From Adineta vaga (Eukaryota > Animalia > Rotifera): a DNA stretch of 64,000 bases. The translations under genes were made by a program, and so were the position numbers. This document shows positions 26,534 to 39,979 of the stretch, in pieces. Numbering within the stretch: the first letter of the stretch is position 1; each line of letters opens with the position of its first letter. The stretch is from the NCBI GenBank assembly GCA_021613535.1, contig CP075492.1, positions 15,252,001 through 15,316,000 on the forward strand, given 5' to 3'. A model generated the notes under the pieces. That model was not told where the DNA came from. It searched no databases and was given only the letters and a program-made list of their open reading frames with translations.

Positions 26534-27904
26534 TTATGTAGTATCACTCGACTTGCCCAAAAGAATTCGCGCCCGAATGGCTGCCGCGGCTCGCCCACCA
26601 GTTAAAAAAGCACCATGAACACATCCATTTGCCGATTCATTGATATCATCGTTGACGTACGTGTGTTCACCGGCCCAATGCAATCGACCATCGTCTGTCT
26701 CTCTAGCCAATAATTCCATAGTGTGCTGATTCGAATGTACTGCAAAGTTTGAATAAGAACCGAACGACAGAGGATCTTGAGACCATCGAGTAAATTTGTA
26801 CTTGATCGGATCTGGTACGACATATTGAGGAAAAATTTGTTGAAGAAACTTCATTACATGTGAAAGTATCTCACTATCCGCGGCATTCTCCAGTTCAGCG
26901 GCGTTAGCACCTGATAGTAGAAGAATGAGTATATTGGCAGGTGGTGGGAGACATACAATATAATGAAAGCGACTTCGAGGTTCATTGCATGTACGCAATA
27001 CAGTTATTGCCATTAAATTCCAGAAACAATCGGAGAATTGTAGAATACATTTATTTAATAAACCAAAACCCATACGACCAATGGCCTCACGTTTCCATTC
27101 AGGCAATGGAGGTTCAAATGCAATAGTCTCTCGTTTTAAACGCCAAGTGGAACAGTTATAAGAACGTATCGACAGAATATCGGTGAATCAACGTCTGCTA
27201 CTTTAACGGCTATTTGATCGGAATTACGAGTATCAATATGTGTCACGAGTGTATTCAGTCGAATGGCTAATTTATATTGATCAACGATGCGTTCGAGAAG
27301 GGTTCCATAACCATATGATACCCATTGATCACACCTAGCACTTTCTTGAGGAGTTCTCCATTCTTTAGCCGAGAGTTCGGCAAGATCTGACGCTTCATAC
27401 ATTTCTATGTCAGCGAGACAACAATCTATAATCGATTTGAGATGCCCATGAGTATCAGCTAGTTGTTCATAATCCGCCTGAATCACATCTTGGATGCTTC
27501 GATCGTTTAGTTCCTCAGTATCAGAAGCAAATTTCTCTAAGCATGTAATAAAGTGCTTATATATCATATCGGCTTGCTGTTCGGAGTCAGGAGACAGTGG
27601 TTTTCCATCATGACTAAGATTGAGCAAATGTTCTTCTTCGTCATTTTCCGAAATAGCCTGTGTCACTGCTTTGAATTGTTGATAATAGGGATACATTGGA
27701 TTATGGAATCCATACTGATGAATCCAACTGGCGCCAAGATCGACAGGAGTTGGTGCGAACGTTTCACTATCCGTATGCTCGGCCACCAGGACGATTCCGT
27801 GCCTCTAGCACGATAAATGACAATGACGTCTTCTGTAACTCAATAGCTGCCGCAATACCTGCTGCACCTGCGCCAACAATGATAACATCGAAGTCGGCAA
27901 TCAT
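26534..27904 (-). CDS. Flavin-containing amine oxidase (polyamine oxidase/MAO/LSD1-like catalytic domain); intronless, two frameshifts
   Basis: ATG at 27904: MIADFDVIIVGAGAAGIAAA...LEARNRPGGRA (GxGxxG and GG motif), then DLGASWIH, ITVPLGV, NKCILQF, TRWSQDPLSFGSYS, WAGEHT and VHGAFLTG. Frame changes at ~27775 and ~27137. Confidence 0.88.
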
Positions 27905-28432
27905 TCTCGTGACTTCTCGCAAAAAATATTCGTTTTATCTTTTAATAAAAGAAAAAAACACTTGTTATACTGGTTGATTTTCAGAATTTCTCAAAGCTTG
28001 GGAAATTTTGAGAAAAATCAAAAGTCCCGAAAATACTAGGAAAGCTGACTAATCATCAAAAATTGTGATAAACCGAAGTATTATGAGTTTATGCGGTTAC
28101 AAAAGGTATGAATGCTATGATCGGAAGTCTCAAAAAATTTTAATACGTGAAATGAGTGTCTAATGAAAGTACCATACATAACGTAATATTCGGATTAGAG
28201 TGATAACCAATAATGGTACTTTTTCGATTCTAAAAGGATCAAACAGAGCCCCGTTATCAGCGATGATTATCATTTACTAAAAGGATAAGCTCGATTCAAA
28301 GTGAGACTAACTGGCACATTGATAAGATCAACGAGAAACGGCAGACTTTCGATCTGATGTTGTTTTAGACTACTTTAAATTGATTGCACTTCAAAATTTC
28401 CGAAAAACAGAATACTTTTATTCTGTGTGTGG

Positions 28433-28869
28433 GAATTTGTGGCATGTAACATAGTCGACGTTTAGGAACGACAACTTTCAAAACAACAAGTTTTTAGTAG
28501 ATAATCTCATGAACATTCAATCGAAAAAACGTCAAGTACAGTCTAAAAAAGATGTTTCAACGAACAGCCCCAAAATGCTCTCTACCCAGGCAAACCTTTT
28601 TCCTCTTTAGAACTTAAAAAAGACTTCATATTGGATGATACCTAATTTGCATCCTAGAAAAGACCATTTAAAGGTTTCGTAAGTATGTAAATCTGTTTCT
28701 TCGAATTTGTGTATCATGGAGAGCATTTTGGAACAATTCGTTGAAACATCTTTTTCAGACTGTACTTGACGTTTTATCGATTGAATGTTCATGAGATTAT
28801 CTACTAAACACTTGTTGTTTGAAAGTTGTCGTTCCTAAACAAGGCGATTATGTCACATGCTACAAATTC
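28433..28869. mobile_element. MITE-like element with ~150-bp imperfect inverted arms
   Basis: 28433-28581 pairs with 28719-28869 (for example TAGTAGATAATCTCATGAACATTCAATCGA / TCGATTGAATGTTCATGAGATTATCTACTA). Confidence 0.85.
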
Positions 28870-29125
28870 ATGAACATTGTTTTCGATACTAACAATATCT
28901 ACCCTCTCCAGAGTGTTTCGCAAGTAATTTTTCCGTTAAAAACGTTTCGTTATTATGCCAAATTGTCTATGAAAATATGCAGATACGAAAAGGCCCATCC
29001 AAGATGCACCATGCATTAGTTGAATGATTTCAATAAACATATGATTATGAAAATTTAGACAATTTATATAACAGTAATTAATATAGTTAGTTGGAAATGG
29101 GATCAAAGCAATGAATACAAGATTG

Positions 29126-32100
29126 TTACAATTTCGTTCGTGAACTTTCTTTGATTAGTTTCTGAACCACTGATGGATCGATAAGCGTTGATGTATCTCC
29201 AATATTAGCAATATCCGGCTCAACAATCTTGCGCAATATTCGTCTCATGATTTTACCGCTCCGTGTTTTAGGTAAGTTAGATGCAAAATGAATAATATCA
29301 GGAATAACATGTGCGCCAATGCTTTCACGGACGACTACCACAAGTTCTTTCTTGAGTTCATCTGTTTCTGGTATATTGTCTTTGAGCGTAACAAAACAAT
29401 ACATACCTTGATTCTTTATAGGATCCTATTTTTCAAAAAGAAAATATAGTATTCATCATTTAGCATTAGAAAGTAGTGTGGGTAGCAGACTTAAGTTGCG
29501 CTCATCTACCCCGTACCTCGGCCCAATCATCTAGTAAACAATTATGATACTGCAACTATTAGAAAGCTTACCGGATATCCTACAACAGCTGCTTCTGAGA
29601 CGGCCCGATGCGATACAAGAGCTGATTCGACTTCTGCCGTGCCAATATTGTGCCCGGAGATTATGAGAACATCGTCCTACATTACATATGTTTTTAGAAA
29701 TTATGACAGTCGAACACTCACCACTCGACCCGTGATCCAATGATATCCATTTTCTTTTATTTCACAACCATCTCCAGTAAAATAAAACCCTGGATACCGT
29801 GTGAAGTAAACATCAACAAAACGTTTATGATCACCAAATATAGTGCGCGCTTGGCCTGGCCACGATTCACGTATGCATAACTCCCCCATACATGGCGGTT
29901 TCAGTGGAGCTTGTGTTTTGGGATCAAAAATCTGTGTTTGAGTGCCGAAAAACGGTAGTGTAATCGAGCCTGGCACCAGTTCTGTGACGTTCGAAATTGG
30001 TGCTATCATGAGGCCACCTGTTTCTGTCTGTAATGAACTCAAGTGAAAGATACTTAAAAAACAAGAACTTACTTGAAACCAAGTATCAACAATAAAGCAT
30101 CGTTTGTCGCCTAGAAAACAAAACAGGTTAATTTATCCGATTGCGGCACATTGTAAAAATCAACTGTAGAACACAAAACGTTTCCTAGCTTTCTCAACAT
30201 CTATATGCCCTCAAGAGTTTTAGACCACGTGATAAATTCTAAAAAAGGATTTTCAGTTGAAAGGTTTATAGAAACAATAGTATCTTATAATAGCTAGGGT
30301 TTATTACCATGAAAACCAGTGAGAAAGATTTTTTGCTTAACGGATAAGATTATCTTAAATATAAATGGCTTACGTTGGATTCCGTAATCTACGATCAAGA
30401 GCTTTCTGATTCACAGTTATGCATCTATCACTGTAAAAAATATCGTTCCAAGGGTCGTTGAAGAAAAGGGTATTTGTAAAAGTTTATTATTCGACGCCCA
30501 TTGTTTACAATAAATATAGAATAACCATGTTAGAAATATATATATATATATATATATGTTTAATGAACGCGGTCAGAGAGATTTCTTGAGGATAAAGTTA
30601 GTTACGTTTCGACTCTTGCTGAGTTTATTTCTTCCTCAAATTTTAAGATCAAGATATTGAGCTGAAAATTTAACCACACCCTTCCTACACCAGCTATAAC
30701 ATTTGTTCCCAGTTTCAGCTCATCTGAGCATACTGCTGGGCTGAGATTCAGTTTTGAGAGAGTGAGTGACCTTTCGCGCACATGACTTCAAATCTCTCAT
30801 AATTTCTGGATCTCATGAGCTATTTTATAGCTTTCCTAGGGTTATTCGAGGATTATTCTTTTAAGTTTCTTAAGCATACATAACGATGGCAGCTCGAATG
30901 TTACTCTAAGCCAGACATGAAGAGATCAGAAGACCTATTGCAATAGCTCCATAAGAGTTATGTGAGCGACTCTGAACAGCCTTCAAAAAAGTAATAAAAA
31001 CTGTCTCTCGATATTTTTTGAAAAGTTTTGAAGACCACCTATATTCATGGGAGCTGAAATGGATGTTCAACTTCAACACACGTAAACAAAGCCGATCATT
31101 AAGTTCGAGTTATGCGAGCTGAACAATAGCTGTCCTATTCTTACTTACCAACGACATTATGATACCAGCGCCATGCTTCTGGATTTATGGGTTCTCCGAT
31201 AGTTCCTAAAAGTCGAAGAGATTTTCGACTTGTGCATGTGACAAAAGAGTCGCTGTGAGCCATGAGTGAGCGGATAACTGTGGGTGCCGTATAGAATATG
31301 TTAACTTTGTGCTTATCGACAATTTGCCAAAAGCGCGATGCATCAGGATAGGAAGGAGTGCCTTCGAAGATAAGACTTGTAGCTCGATTGACTAGCGGTC
31401 CATACACGACATCTATTTTAATCGCACAATTTTATATTTTACCACTAGAATAGATTGAGAAGGAAAAGTTGCTTACATGAATGGCCTGTAATCCAACCAA
31501 TGTCGGCCGTACACATATATACTTCGTCAGGTTTGTAAGAGAAGATATATTTGAATGTAAGACTAACATGCGTTAGGTAGCCGCCAGTCGTGTGAAGAAT
31601 GCCTTTGGGCTTGCCTGTAGAACCACTTGTGTAGAGCTAAAACCAAAAAACAATGAATATTCTTCATTACTTTTTTTTCTGATTACTATGAACATTGAAT
31701 CTTCAGCCTTCATCGGCTCAGGTTGACACATTCATCATCGACTAGATTCATTTCTGCGTACATGCAAAAATCACGTCCATCAATCCATGCCATCGAATCG
31801 GACTGGATAAAGTCATTTAATCCATCGCTCGCGAAATATTTTCGTTGAAAGATAAACACTGTTTGAACAACAGAACACCTTTTATCGTTCAATGCTTCAT
31901 CGACTTTATGCTTCAGCACATGGCATTTACCACCACGAGTGCTAACATCACTAGTAATAACGACTTTTGCCTGCGAATCAACAATTCGTTCAGCTAAGTT
32001 TTTACTACTAAAAGCAGCAAACACAACTGAATGAACAGCGCCAATTCTGGTACAGGCAAGAAGAGCAATAACCACTTCAGCCACCATCGGCATGTAAATA

Positions 32101-32630
32101 ACAACCCGATCACCCTTTCTAACATCATGCTTCTTGAGTACATTAGCAACTTTTTTGACTTGATGCAGTAGTTGACCATACGTTATATTTTTAAACTTTG
32201 CTGTTGGTATGTCAGACTCGAAAATAAGTGCAATTTGTTGTGCTGCAGTCGGATCTCGTTCAATATGTCTGTCCAAGCAATTGTAGCACACATTTAAAAC
32301 GCCATCTTGGAACCATTTGATATCGACACCATGCGATGAACGGTAATCGAATTCGTAATCCTTGATTTTTGTTGGTGGTTGATACCAAGTTAAACGATCT
32401 GCTGCCATTTTCCAAAATCGATCGGGATCTTTAATTGACAAATTATACAGAAGTTGATATTCATCGAACGATGAGATTACATCGGGTAGTTGTACCAAAT
32501 CAGATGAAGATGAGTCAGTTGAAGCGGTAACAACTGGCGAATACTCCACTTCTGTTTTATTAGATGACAAAGGAGTATCTGAAGATATCATTGGAATAAC
32601 ACTAATACTGGCCGCACTTGACAATGACAT
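29126..32630 (-). CDS. acs: Acetyl-CoA synthetase (AMP-forming), about 7 exons, one frameshift at ~31725
   Basis: [84 protein letters not shown] and [16 protein letters not shown] across GT-AG exons; one ~1-kb intron (~30111-31146). Confidence 0.93.
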
Positions 32631-34584
32631 ATTTGATGCTAATTAATACACTTATATATATATATTTGTTGAATGTAGTATATAGTTTACAATTTCTAAA
32701 ATGCAAGATGCAATCGGAAAGAAAAAGTTCTTTGCTGATTTCCGAAATAGATTACAGAAATGTTTCACATTCTGTCGATGTCAGTGAGTGTAAACCAAGA
32801 CGGCAGGAAACACTAATTACCAAGCGTGTCACATACACTTCAGCCCTTCAACAGTTTCAGTATGCAATTTTCATCAAACCAGACAGAGATATATGGTACG
32901 GAAACAAAAATAACAAGGTAAAAGAATGCAGAGTCCGGCGAAATCAAGTTTTTTTCTCTCTATTGTTCTAAGTTTTCTAGAAGCAGTTTTCAGACACATG
33001 TGACGAATTTGACAGTATTATTCCTTTTTATTTGTGTTATTCGTGAGTAGAAAGCTCGTATTAAAGTTTATATGTCAATGCTCTACCTTCTACTCATTAC
33101 AAGATATACTAGACTAGCCCATCAAATAGATAACAGTATGCTTACTTAAAATTAAAAATATTCATACAATATTTATATGCAGTAAAAAAGAAACGAACAC
33201 AAATAAAAGGTCCGGTATAAGTTTGATAAAGACAATTTAACCATATAGTTATGGATATCGGGGAAAGAAAACGATCATATGGTTCTAGAAAAACTTATGC
33301 AGCTATGTGATATCCTATTATTTCTATGTACGTCAATTTTACCTGGAGCAGAGTTATGCTTTTCTTCTCAACATTGAATTTCTTTGTTGACTGATTGGAT
33401 TTTTCTGTTAATTACACTACTTCGGCTATATTTGACCACTTTCATTTCCTTTCGTTTCATGATTTCATATTTCGAGGAGTAACTCTATGTTTTCTGTAAA
33501 TCAATCTTCTCTTCAAGTCTCCCGGCGCACATATAATAGCTTTCTCTTTATTCCTATCATAGCCATCCTTATTTTCTACAAAAAACTATATCGTAGCAAG
33601 TCGTAATTAAATACGCCTGTAATAGATATATCCTGCACCAATCTCGATTCAAACGGGTTTCGGCATCGAGATCGGAAGAAAAAAAAGAGATTAGGATGAT
33701 CCCGTTGAACCTTACAATACCCAGCACAATTATACTTAATATATTTTAAGTAGATGAAATTCCAAGGTACATCTATTGAGTATAGAGTAGTTTTACTTTT
33801 ACACGGCGTACTCGTATTTGCCCAGTCTCTGGAAAAGAACACAAAAACAGAATTTCGGCCTATTTTGTAATCGTTGCAAGTCAGGGAAAATATGTCGTAC
33901 AAAGGTAGAAGCTGTTTCATCTTGAAGAGAGTTCTTCACTATACCATAATACACTCTAAAAAAAACAAAGCAGTGTGACCGAACCCATCAAAAAGGTTTC
34001 GTACATGTCTAAAATTTTTGAAATGAAATGCTACTCACAATCCCTAATTCTACTACATTCACTAAAATTGATATGCAACCTTCGTCGCTTTATCTAACTA
34101 GTGAAACGCACGTCGATATTATCAATATTTATTCTGACGAAGCATTCTAAATGTAACATTATTGAAGATAAGAAAAAAAAACTTTCTATATCAAAGAGAC
34201 AGCCAGAATCTGTGTGCTTCAGGTGTAATACATGTTTCCAACTTCAAAGTTTTTTTCATGCATGTATGCCCCCCACATTCTTCACCACTCTCCTCGCCAT
34301 TGAAAATGACAAATGAGTGAGACCGATACATTTCGACGATCGTTCTGAGTGTATACGTGTCGGTATGAGAATGTAAGGATGAGTTGTGAACGTGGGTGGT
34401 TAATGTATGTCAAATCCGCACATTCATCTAGGTTCACTCGCCCACACCCTCGAGATCAGAGGGTAGATCAAATTCATAAACGGATTTAGCAGCCATAACC
34501 CGTTTCTCAAGGTTTATTATTCTTGAAAAATGTTTTTCTGTGCAGTCTATTTTTAGAAAAGTCTCTTAATCCATACATTGTTTA

Positions 34585-36537
34585 ATGGAAAACACGTTAG
34601 GTATAATACTGACTGCTCTTTTCATACTTGGATGTTTTCTACTTCACAAAAGACATCGGCAGCAGCAATATTTCAAGAAACGTGGCATCGCAACGCCGCC
34701 GTTTGATTTATTATTCGGACATTTACTGACGATGTGGTCTGCAAAATCATCTGCTGATCAATTAAAAGAATGGACTCGAAAATACGGGAAAATATATGGA
34801 ATTTTTGCCGGTAGCTCACCTATTTACATTGTATCGGATGTTAATTTTCTCGAACAAGTTTTTATCAAACAATTTTCAAGTTTTTACAGTCATCAAACGG
34901 ATTTTTCTGAGCATGCTGTAGAAAAATCGAAGCGTGGTCTCTTAATTGCTAGTGGAAATCAGTGGCGAAGGCAGAAGCAAATTATTGGACCGATCATATC
35001 TACAGGTATAAAGCAAATGAGCCCACTGTTTGATAAGTGCGTCGATGAAATGATACATTCGCTGGAGTCATTAAATAGCAACATACAAGAAGAGTTTAAT
35101 ATATATCCATTATACAAGAAAACATTCTGGAATATGGCATGTAAGTTCTTTGGATGTGAGAAGGGCTTTTACAATTGACATGTTTCTTATCTTTTAGGTG
35201 GCTCATTTGGTATCGATGTTGTAGTAGAAGAAAATGCGACGAATAAGCTTTTCAATGAATTTGAGAAATTTTTCATGACGGACACTAAAAGTTATCCATT
35301 GCTGAGAGCATCAGAGCTATTCCCTTCCTTTGGAACTATTTTTCTTTACTTGTTCGAGATGTATAACGAAATAGGTCGTTTATTCCGTGATATTATTTGG
35401 CCAAAGGCATGGGGTCCGATTTGGGAAGGGTATGCTCTTTATCGCGTCAAACATCAGCTGTTTTCACTCTTTAACAAGCGCTGGCGGATCCCACATAATG
35501 AACACAATATTCAGGGACAAAAACAAGATTTTCTTACAATGATGAGTGCAACATTAACTTTCGATTCAATCGAAGTAGGATGTTATCTTTAAAACTCCAT
35601 CTATTTCTACCTAAAACAGCATGAAGATCCTCATAGAAGGTGTATATTAATAATCAATCTGCGTCCGCAAGTACAGCAATTACTTAATTAAGGGTGAGAT
35701 GCATCTTGAGGGTGTGGGTGTGGGTCTGAAACTATTGGCAAGTTTGAACTTTTGAAATAAATTCTATTTCTTCATCTTTCACGAACCGAGTTTCACTTCT
35801 TTGCGTATAGGATGAGAACAATGTCGCTGGCGGACAATCACATCAACCACGACCGATTAATGCTCATGAGATTATTGACAACGCATTTCTTTTCATGGGG
35901 GCTCAGTATGCTGGAAACGCGGCAGTAATGGCCTGTTGTTCTTACATACTGGCTACTAATTGTGATATACAGAATAAACTTGTATCTGAAATTAATCAAT
36001 TTGCTTCGTCCGCAGACCAGGACAAGCTCAATGGTGATATTGTCTCACAGATGCCTTATTTAGATATGTTCATACGTGAAATTCTTCGCATGTACCCACT
36101 TTCCACATTAGGCATCGATCGACAATGCATGAGAGACACTATAGTTAACGGCATCCATGTGTCTAAAGGTAATTATGCCACAATTTTAGTTGGAATTTGA
36201 TGTCTTCTTTTTTCTGATAGGTTCTGTAGTTCAAGCCGATGTATATTCAATTCATTATGATCCTGATATATGGGGACCTGAAGATCCGGAGATTTTCTGC
36301 CCAGAACGTCATCTAACCGAAAACCGACATCCTCTTGCTCTCTTATTCTTCGGCGCTGGACCAAGAATGTGTCCAGGCGTTCGATTGGCTCTCATTACTG
36401 CGAAAGTCGTTCTAGTCCGTCTTCTTCAACACTACAATATTGTTGCCTGTGAAAGTCAAGAGAAAACGCTGGGTCTCGAAGAAAAAGTTATTCATCTACC
36501 AACTGAATCATGGGTAAAGTTGGTTCCGAGAAAATAA
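34585..36537 (+). CDS. Cytochrome P450 (CYP3-clan-like) with atypical I-helix; exons 34585-35140, 35198-35574, 35811-36168, 36221-36537
   Basis: All three GT-AG junctions keep the frame. N-terminal TM, WRRQK, EILR, PERH and FGAGPRMCPG heme motif are present. The I-helix reads FLFMGAQYAGNAA. Confidence 0.92.
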
Positions 36538-37804
36538 AATACAACGGCGTTGGTTTTGATTACACTTTAAATAATTAATCCTGAAACTATACTTTTAATT
36601 TGCGATTGTGACTAATTTTATTCTCTATACTGAAAGAAGGAGCATATGAGAAAGAACAGTTTGTATGTATATATATTTGCTTGTGTCGAGATCAAAGGAA
36701 GATATTGAATATTATACTTTCTCATTATTAATCGAGCAATCTCATGTAGGATTTCAGAGAAACATCTGACTGAGCGATTCTAGAGTCGAAAAATCCAAGT
36801 CTGCTAGAGTTTTTATGAACCTTTTTCTCACAAAAATTTGTTTTGGCTACAAAAAGATTTGTTGCGAACGAAGGGTGTGAATAGGTTCAAATATGATTGA
36901 TTGTCTCATTAAAGGTTCTTTTCGTACGCCAATGGAAAGAACCTTTAATATAAAGGCGATACCAGGATTATCATTTTGGTGGGGCTGAGGCCCCTTCGAA
37001 AACGTTGTATTTTTGTAAGATAATTATCAGTTTTCTACGAAAATTTGTAAAAATCTAGAGAGGGTTGGACCTTCTGTAGCCCATCTCTGACGTCGCCATC
37101 ACTTTAATGGTTTTGTAGAAATTTTTATTGTTTTTCAAAAGTATGGACATCTTTGGACTTTTTTTATACATCTCCGGCACCTTTTTTAGGGGGATCGGTA
37201 AAACAGCATTTTTTTGAATGAAGTATCAACATGATCGAGTATCATTATGTTCTTTCAGCAGTTGTGAGGGTATGAGTGTAAATGAACGTGCGAATATTAT
37301 ATCCACCACTCGCTGGGACATTCCCAGATCCGTACTTATACACTCATCTCACTCGTTTGTTCTTTATAATGTTGAAGCGCTATGCTTGTGGAAAAAATTT
37401 TGAAAGTTCGAAATATTTTTTACACTTGGTGCAGATACATTCTGACGGTGTCTGTGTTATAAGAGTTTTTTTCTTATCTTCATTAATTTTGCATTTAACG
37501 TGTTTCGTCAGAATAAATATTGCTTATACCGACGTGCGTTTCACTAGTTAGATAAAGCGACGAAGGTTGCCTATCAGTTTTAGTGACTGCAGCAGAAGTT
37601 GGGATTGTGTGGGTGTGGGTGTAACTTTATTCGAAAATAAAAAGAACTCTCCACCCTAAGCGCCATCTACTCTGCCTCTCATATTTTTTCAAGATGATAA
37701 ACTCTTTTTCTGGGATGATTTATGAGATTCGTGTGTTACATTATACAGAAAGGCTGACGAATTTACTTCCTCATAGCTGCTCTTATTTTTACTTTCAGAC
37801 AACT

Positions 37805-38407
37805 ATGACTGAAGCCCACAGTGATCAAACATCAATCAACACAATAGCAACGGAAATTGGAGCCCATTACGAAGGTAAAGAAGTAGAATATTCGAACGAA
37901 CTCAACACAAATACACAAAGAAGCAAAGACAAGAACGAGAATGAAGTGTCCGAGAACAAGCATACAATGTTGCGGCCTCCACCGCATGTCTACTCGTGTT
38001 TCGTGAAAAATACCACAGACCACCTAATAGATATGACTCTCGAGTGGTACGGTCGTCCTAATGAACATGAATTCGATGAACTCAATCAGTTTACTCTTGG
38101 ACCTGGTGAAGAAAAGCATATTCAGAGAAAGATCTTTCAACCAGATCTACCAAAAAACTCGTCAGAGGAATTTGATCATCAAAAGCATTCCTATTGTAGT
38201 TGGGTCAAGATTCTCAATAAAGTGACAGTTGATCATAGAGGCGAGCGAAACAGAAGAAAGGTAGAAGTGTGCTATCCGTTTAAGAATGTACCATGTCCAA
38301 TTCGGAACTGGGAGTTTCTGGTGACCGACATGAGCATTGAATCACAATTTCCGACGAGACCGGTGAATATTTTGAAATATGAGAATTTAATGGACTTTGA
38401 GAAGTGA
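37805..38407 (+). CDS. Hypothetical ~200-aa protein
   Basis: Clean ORF; the ATG at 37805 follows a TTTCAG acceptor-like site; AATAAA lies downstream. Low-complexity N-terminus and a beta-rich C-terminal region. No family recognised. Confidence 0.65.
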   Translation: MTEAHSDQTSINTIATEIGAHYEGKEVEYSNELNTNTQRSKDKNENEVSENKHTMLRPPPHVYSCFVKNTTDHLIDMTLEWYGRPNEHEFDELNQFTLGPGEEKHIQRKIFQPDLPKNSSEEFDHQKHSYCSWVKILNKVTVDHRGERNRRKVEVCYPFKNVPCPIRNWEFLVTDMSIESQFPTRPVNILKYENLMDFEK

Positions 38408-39979
38408 AAGTTAGTGAATAAATCAGAAACACAAATACTTACATGGACGATACGTTTCTTTTTCACAAAGTTGTTTTTTAAATGAATAAATATTTTTTAC
38501 AACAGGTAGGATAATGTGCACTACGAAAAATTCCCCTTAACAACCAACCTTATTGTCATTAAGAAATTTGTCAATAAACCCTTCCAATGTTTACTATTCC
38601 ACGATATCGAGATGATAGTCAGTTCTACAACTAAAATCGATAGATTATTGAACACTTTCAGAGTAAGAGTATCTTATTATTCTCTTTTTTATTTATCGTA
38701 CTACTTTTTATGTGAACACGTATGTATTTCTGCTTTCTGTGAAAGAACATTTTATGCGTCCAATCCGCAGTCCATTATTCTACAGACAAGAATAATCCTT
38801 GTATACTTTCTCTCAGTACATATATTACTAGACGTATAAAGGTTGATCGATCTGCGTATTAATCACAATAAGTAACGTTCATCTTTTCAACTCACTTGAT
38901 CCTCGACTGCGGAAAACAAGACATTTTCTTTCAGAAATCTCTTCTCAATGTTGAGGGCATGGAGTTCCCTGTGCCTATCGATGAGATTCAATTCTAGATA
39001 CACCACACACCCTCGCCCAGCTCTCCCCAATCTTAGTAAGTCGACATGATAAGTTTCGTGACGTTAGCTCATAGAAAACGACTTGGGTGAAATTCCACCC
39101 AGAACCCTCATCCTACACCTATTCCCAAAGACTAACACCAGATTCGAGTTCCCTGGCCCCGATTACCCTTCGGTCAACCCTTATACTAATTATTGAAATA
39201 TCTAATTTATGACCTTTGACTCTGACATAAACAAATCCACAAAGTAACTATTCTTTTCATATCATCCTGCTTACGATCGAGGGAAAGATGATTTATTATT
39301 CTTTGTAAAAGAGTGTGGGTGAGAGTGTTTATATAGCATAGTCACATCTGACAGGAACTCTCACCCGTATTTTTCGGTCCGGAGTAGCTTTTTGATTTTT
39401 TTTAAACGTTCTGTAAATAAACGAACGGTATGACATTCATATGAAAGTCAACTTAGTACCATCGAAACGAATGCTTAGTGATCAATACAGACCGAGTAGT
39501 GATTATTATTACATCTTATTATTTTGCAAGTTGGAAATATTGTCAAGGAAATCAAATGAGGCTGGTGTATAAGATATCATATTAGATCCTCTTGCTCAGC
39601 TTTTGAACCTCTACTCTCTACCATAATTCTTCACAAATTCAGTTCGAACTGCCCTTGCGTTAAATATTGCACTTCTTAAGAATTATCGAATACCTTATAG
39701 TGAAATCGATGTAGTTTCCTCACAGTTTAACTTGATCAGCTAAGAATTTGCACTTAAAGATTGTCGATGACGTTGAATTCAATAGTTATATCAAATGAAA
39801 ATATTAGAATCACAAAATAGCCCCGATATGAAGAATGAAAATATTTATTCTTGTATATTTTCTTAAGATTGTCAATAAAACAATTTTTATGTAGTATTTT
39901 TAAATTTAGTACAGGAAAATCTAAGAATTTTAACGTTCTCACTATCAAGATGTAAGTATCAATCCAAACGATTAGTATA

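Noticed and set aside
33576-33920. 114-aa minus-strand ORF and neighbouring small ORFs (32618-34316)
   Set aside because: No domain signature or consistent splice model found.
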